From assembly GCA_965216755.1 (NCBI GenBank), contig CBDCGL010000011.1, forward strand, positions 2,656,001 to 2,720,000: DNA of 64,000 bases, read 5' to 3'. Origin of the DNA: Alphaproteobacteria bacterium (GTDB lineage Bacteria > Pseudomonadota > Alphaproteobacteria > UBA7887). This document shows positions 60,095-64,000 of this stretch, one piece after another; position 1 is the first letter of the stretch; each line of letters starts with the position of its first letter. Position numbers and translations under genes: made by a program. The notes beneath the pieces are model-generated. The model saw only the letters and a list, made by a program, of their open reading frames with translations. It was not told where the DNA came from and did no database searches.

Positions 60095-62248
60095 TTAATC
60101 CGCAGCGGCGCGTCGGTCTCGAATCAGCTGCAAGACTTCACTGGCCGCGACAGGGATGTTTGTGCCTGGTCCATAGACGGCGCTGACCCCCGCCGCCATC
60201 AAGTCATCATAGTCTTGGGGCGGGATCACACCGCCGCACACAACCACGATATCGCCACTGCCGTGCGTCTTCAGCGCCGCGATCATTTGTGGCACCAGAG
60301 TCTTGTGGCCGGCGGCTTGGCTTGACACCCCGATCACGTGCACATCGCTGTCGATGGCCTGACGGGCGGCTTCCTCAGGGGTTTGGAACAATGGGCCGAT
60401 ATCGACGTCGAAACCGATGTCGGCAAACGCGGTGGCGATCACCTTGGCGCCGCGATCGTGGCCGTCTTGGCCCATTTTGACCACCAGCAGGCGCGGCCGG
60501 CGCCCGTCTTCACGTTCGAAGGCGGCGACATCGGCGCGGATTTTGGTGAAAGTCTCGTCATTGGCATAAGCCGATCCGTAAATCCCCGAGACGCTGCGCA
60601 CCACCGCGCGGTGACGCGTAAACACCTTTTCCAGCGCATCCGACACCTCACCCACGGTCGCCCGCGCCCGCACAGTATCAATCGACAAGCCGAGCAAATT
60701 GCCCTCCCCCGACGCCGCGGCCGCCGTCAACGCGTCCAATGTCGCGCGGCAGCGCGCCTCGTCGCGGTTGGCGCGGACGTCTTCGAGCCGCGCAATTTGA
60801 CCGGCGCGCACCTTGCTGTTGTCGATGTCCAAAACCTGCACCGATTCTTGTTGACCGCTCTGGAACTTATTGACGCCGACCACCACTTCCTCGCCGCGGT
60901 CGATGCGTGCTTGCCGTTGCGCCGCCGACTCCTCGATACGCAGTTTCGGCATGCCCGATGCCACCGCCTTGGTCATGCCGCCGAGCGATTCAACTTCGTC
61001 AATCAGAGCCTTGGCATGATGGGCGACGCTGGCGGTCAGCGCCTCGATAAAATAGCTACCACCGAGCGGGTCGATCACTTTGGTTACGCCCGCTTCGTGC
61101 TGCAGAATAAGCTGTGTGTTGCGCGCGATACTGGCCGAAAACGGGGTCGGCAAAGAGACCGCTTCGTCAAAGGAATTGGTATGCAACGATTGGGTACCGC
61201 CAAGCGCGCCGGCCAATCCCTCAACCGTGGTGCGGACGATGTTGTTATACGGGTCTTGCTCGGTCAGGCTGACTCCCGAGGTTTGGCAATGGGTACGCAG
61301 CGCCAGACTCATGTCGTTTTTGGGGCCGAACGGTGCGATCATCTGGGCCCACAATAAGCGCGCCGCGCGCAGCTTGGCAATTTCCATAAAGAAGTTCATG
61401 CCCAGGCAAAAGAAAAATGACAACCGCGGCGCAAACGCGTCGATGTCCAAACCCTTGGCCAAGGCGGCGCGCACATAGTCCAAACCGTCGGCGAGGGTGA
61501 ATGCCAATTCCTGAACGCAGGTCGCGCCGGCTTCCTGGATATGGTAGCCGGATATGGAAATCGAGTTGAACCGCGGCATATGGTTCGCCGTATACTCGAT
61601 GATATCGGCAACAATACGCATGCTCGGTTCCGGCGGATAAATATATGTATTGCGGACCATGAATTCTTTCAGAATGTCGTTTTGAATTGTCCCCGACAAT
61701 TGGTCTTGTTTGACCCCCTGCTCCTCGGCGGCGACGATGTAACCGGCCAACACGGGCAACACGGCACCGTTCATTGTCATCGACACGCTCATTTGATCGA
61801 GCGGAATACCGTCGAACAGAATCTTCATATCCTCGACCGAGTCGATGGCCACGCCGGCCTTGCCGACATCGCCGACAACACGCGCATGATCCGAGTCGTA
61901 GCCGCGGTGGGTGGCCAAATCGAATGCCACCGACAACCCTTTTTGGCCGCGTGCCAGATTGTCGCGATAGAACTGGTTCGACTCCTCGGCGGTCGAAAAG
62001 CCGGCATATTGGCGCACAGTCCAAGGCCGTCCAGGATACATTGTCGCGCGCGGACCGCGAACATAAGGGGGGATGCCGGGCAAACCGTCGACATGTTCCA
62101 GGGCCGCCAAATCCGCTTCCGTATAGAGCGGTTTGACCGCGATGCCCTCCGGCGTGTGCCAGGTCAAGTCGTCAAACGCACGCCCTTTCAATTCTCGTTC
62201 GGCGCGGGCGCACCAATCTTTCAGGGTCGGCTTCGATGATGAGGTCAT
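60095..62248 (-). CDS. scpA: Methylmalonyl-CoA mutase
   Basis: [45 protein letters not shown]. Confidence 0.97.
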   Translation of the reverse strand: MTSSSKPTLKDWCARAERELKGRAFDDLTWHTPEGIAVKPLYTEADLAALEHVDGLPGIPPYVRGPRATMYPGRPWTVRQYAGFSTAEESNQFYRDNLARGQKGLSVAFDLATHRGYDSDHARVVGDVGKAGVAIDSVEDMKILFDGIPLDQMSVSMTMNGAVLPVLAGYIVAAEEQGVKQDQLSGTIQNDILKEFMVRNTYIYPPEPSMRIVADIIEYTANHMPRFNSISISGYHIQEAGATCVQELAFTLADGLDYVRAALAKGLDIDAFAPRLSFFFCLGMNFFMEIAKLRAARLLWAQMIAPFGPKNDMSLALRTHCQTSGVSLTEQDPYNNIVRTTVEGLAGALGGTQSLHTNSFDEAVSLPTPFSASIARNTQLILQHEAGVTKVIDPLGGSYFIEALTASVAHHAKALIDEVESLGGMTKAVASGMPKLRIEESAAQRQARIDRGEEVVVGVNKFQSGQQESVQVLDIDNSKVRAGQIARLEDVRANRDEARCRATLDALTAAAASGEGNLLGLSIDTVRARATVGEVSDALEKVFTRHRAVVRSVSGIYGSAYANDETFTKIRADVAAFEREDGRRPRLLVVKMGQDGHDRGAKVIATAFADIGFDVDIGPLFQTPEEAARQAIDSDVHVIGVSSQAAGHKTLVPQMIAALKTHGSGDIVVVCGGVIPPQDYDDLMAAGVSAVYGPGTNIPVAASEVLQLIRDRRAAAD

Positions 62249-62411
62249 GACATGTTTCCGTTGCACCGCAGCAAAAGATATTGGACACGCCGCCCCCCGG
62301 TCAACGACCCGACAAATCCGGCGGGCGACGCAAGGCTGGATCGCCGATCGCAACCTGTATAGCCTGAACGGCGTCAAACAGTTGCCGGAAATCAACGACA
62401 AGGAGACAGCC

Positions 62412-63353
62412 GTGGCGGACGTGCATCCGGAACTCCGCGCCCTGTTGGCGGATATCGAAACCGCCGGCTATCCCGATCAAACGACATTGGCGCCGCCGGA
62501 AGCGCGCAAGATCACCGACGACCGCGCCAACCGGTTTTATGGACTAAAGGAACCGGTGGCCAAGCTGGCCGAGATCGCGGTGCCGGGCGCGCGCGGGCCG
62601 CTGGACGCGCGTATCTATCACGCCAGCGACACGTCGCCACTGCCGATCATGGTCTATTTCCATGGTGGTGGCTGGGTGCTGGGAAGTCTGGACAGCCACG
62701 ATCGCGGGGTGCGCGCGCTGACCAATGCCGCTGGCTGTGTCAGCGTGTCGGTGGCGTATCGTTTGGCGCCGGAGGATCCGTTTCCGGCGGCCGTTGAGGA
62801 CTGTTTCGCGGCGGTAAAATGGATCGCGGAAAACGCGTTATCGTTTGGTGGCGATGGCGCGCGCCTGGCCGTCGGCGGCGACAGCGCCGGTGGCAACCTG
62901 GCCGCTGTCACGGCGCTCCAATGCCGTGACGCCGGCGGCCCCAAGCTCAGCTTTCAATTGTTGATCTATCCCGTGCTCGACTGCAATTTTGAAACCGAGT
63001 CCTATCGCGCCAAGGCCGACGCGCCGATGTTGACTCGCGACCGCATGCGCTATTTTTGGGAGCAGTACGTCCCCAATGAAAGCCAGCGCGGCGACTGGCG
63101 GGCGGCGCCCATGAAGGCCGTCGACTTGTCCGGGTTACCGCCAACTTTGATCTTGTCGGCCGCCCATGACCCTTTGTGTAGCGAAGGAGAAGCCTATGCC
63201 GCGCGGCTCGAAGCGGCCGGCGTCGCCGCCGACTATCGCTTGTACCCACGCATGACCCACGCCTTTTTTCAGGCGCCGTCGCGGTTGCAGGATTCGCGCG
63301 ACGCCATCGACACCGCGGGCGCAGCCTTCAAAGCGGCAATGGACCGCGCGTGA
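62412..63353 (+). CDS. Alpha/beta hydrolase, HSL-family esterase
   Basis: HGGGW, YRLAPE, GDSAGG, DPL, HAF; AGGAG RBS before GTG 62412. Confidence 0.9.
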   Translation: MADVHPELRALLADIETAGYPDQTTLAPPEARKITDDRANRFYGLKEPVAKLAEIAVPGARGPLDARIYHASDTSPLPIMVYFHGGGWVLGSLDSHDRGVRALTNAAGCVSVSVAYRLAPEDPFPAAVEDCFAAVKWIAENALSFGGDGARLAVGGDSAGGNLAAVTALQCRDAGGPKLSFQLLIYPVLDCNFETESYRAKADAPMLTRDRMRYFWEQYVPNESQRGDWRAAPMKAVDLSGLPPTLILSAAHDPLCSEGEAYAARLEAAGVAADYRLYPRMTHAFFQAPSRLQDSRDAIDTAGAAFKAAMDRA

Positions 63354-63387
63354 ACGCTGCGTCCATGACCGGCGGTCGGCCCGATCG

Positions 63388-64000
63388 ATGATCCCGCTGC
63401 ACGACGACAATCCAACCGAGATCACGCCGGTGGTCACCATCGCGCTCATCGCGGCTTGCGCGGTGGCGTTCCTGTGGCAGCAGGCGCTGCCCGACCGCAC
63501 CGCGCTGGCCGCGGTGTATAGCTACGGCATGATCCCGTCGGTTTTGTTCGACCAAGATGTGCTTGCACCCGAACTGTACCGGCTGCCGGCCGAAGTGACC
63601 GTGTTCACGTCGATGTTTTTGCACGGTGGTTGGATGCACATCATTGGCAACATGCTGTTCCTGTGGGTGTTCGGGAACAATATCGAAGACGCCATGGGTC
63701 ACGTGCGCTTTGCGTTGTTTTATGCCCTGTGCGGGGTTGCGGCAGCGTTGGCGCAAGCGCTGTCGGAGCCGGGCAGCGACATTCCCATGATCGGCGCCAG
63801 CGGGGCCGTGTCCGGCGTCTTAGCTGGCTATTTGTTGCTGCACCCGCACGCCCGGGTCTTGACGATGGTGATCATCATATTTTTCATTCGTATGATTCGT
63901 TTGCCAGCGTGGGTGCTATTGGGCCTGTGGATCGTTATGCAGCTCTACAATGCCGCGGTGACCCCAACCGGCGAAGCCGGCGTCGCGTGGATGGCCCATG
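63388..64000 (+). CDS. Rhomboid intramembrane serine protease (runs off window end)
   Basis: MIPLHDDNPT, SMFLHGGWMHIIGNMLFLWVFG, IGASG, VAWMAH. Confidence 0.9.
   Translation, partial: MIPLHDDNPTEITPVVTIALIAACAVAFLWQQALPDRTALAAVYSYGMIPSVLFDQDVLAPELYRLPAEVTVFTSMFLHGGWMHIIGNMLFLWVFGNNIEDAMGHVRFALFYALCGVAAALAQALSEPGSDIPMIGASGAVSGVLAGYLLLHPHARVLTMVIIIFFIRMIRLPAWVLLGLWIVMQLYNAAVTPTGEAGVAWMAH

Noticed and set aside
53014-62248. cobS/cobT with meaB/scpA as a novel B12 island
   Set aside because: Both pairs are well-known housekeeping blocks in their usual context; no cobalamin riboswitch recognised
119-63756. Many long antisense or alternate-frame ORFs (e.g. 4105-5157, 52927-54429, 60338-61357)
   Set aside because: Shadows of real genes in high-GC DNA with no recognisable motifs

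Overview
GC-rich (roughly 60-65% by eye) chromosomal window from an alphaproteobacterium, judged from the core synteny accA-xerD // aroK-aroB-corC-like-bolA-dnaJ-like-cobS-cobT // rpmB, meaB-scpA in the right third. The left two-thirds is accessory. It holds (i) three tandem membrane-anchored class III nucleotide cyclase-TolB_N-TPR paralogues with near-identical constant modules, divergent TPR regions and a non-canonical Asp/Thr substrate pocket; (ii) a tightly coupled three-gene operon of uncharacterised helical/coiled-coil proteins; (iii) a NosR/NirI-type flavo-FeS membrane protein with a hemerythrin and no nos/nir genes; (iv) deletion-derived remnants (NhaP-like antiporter, IS5-type element with intact ends); (v) a motif-rich AT island; (vi) a REP-like 112-bp palindrome; (vii) a candidate Arg-rich leader peptide/terminator/antiterminator unit upstream of a GNAT; plus sugar-acid, TRAP and O-acetylation genes. 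No rRNA, tRNA or CRISPR array was seen. All family calls come from motif recognition by eye; no searches were run.
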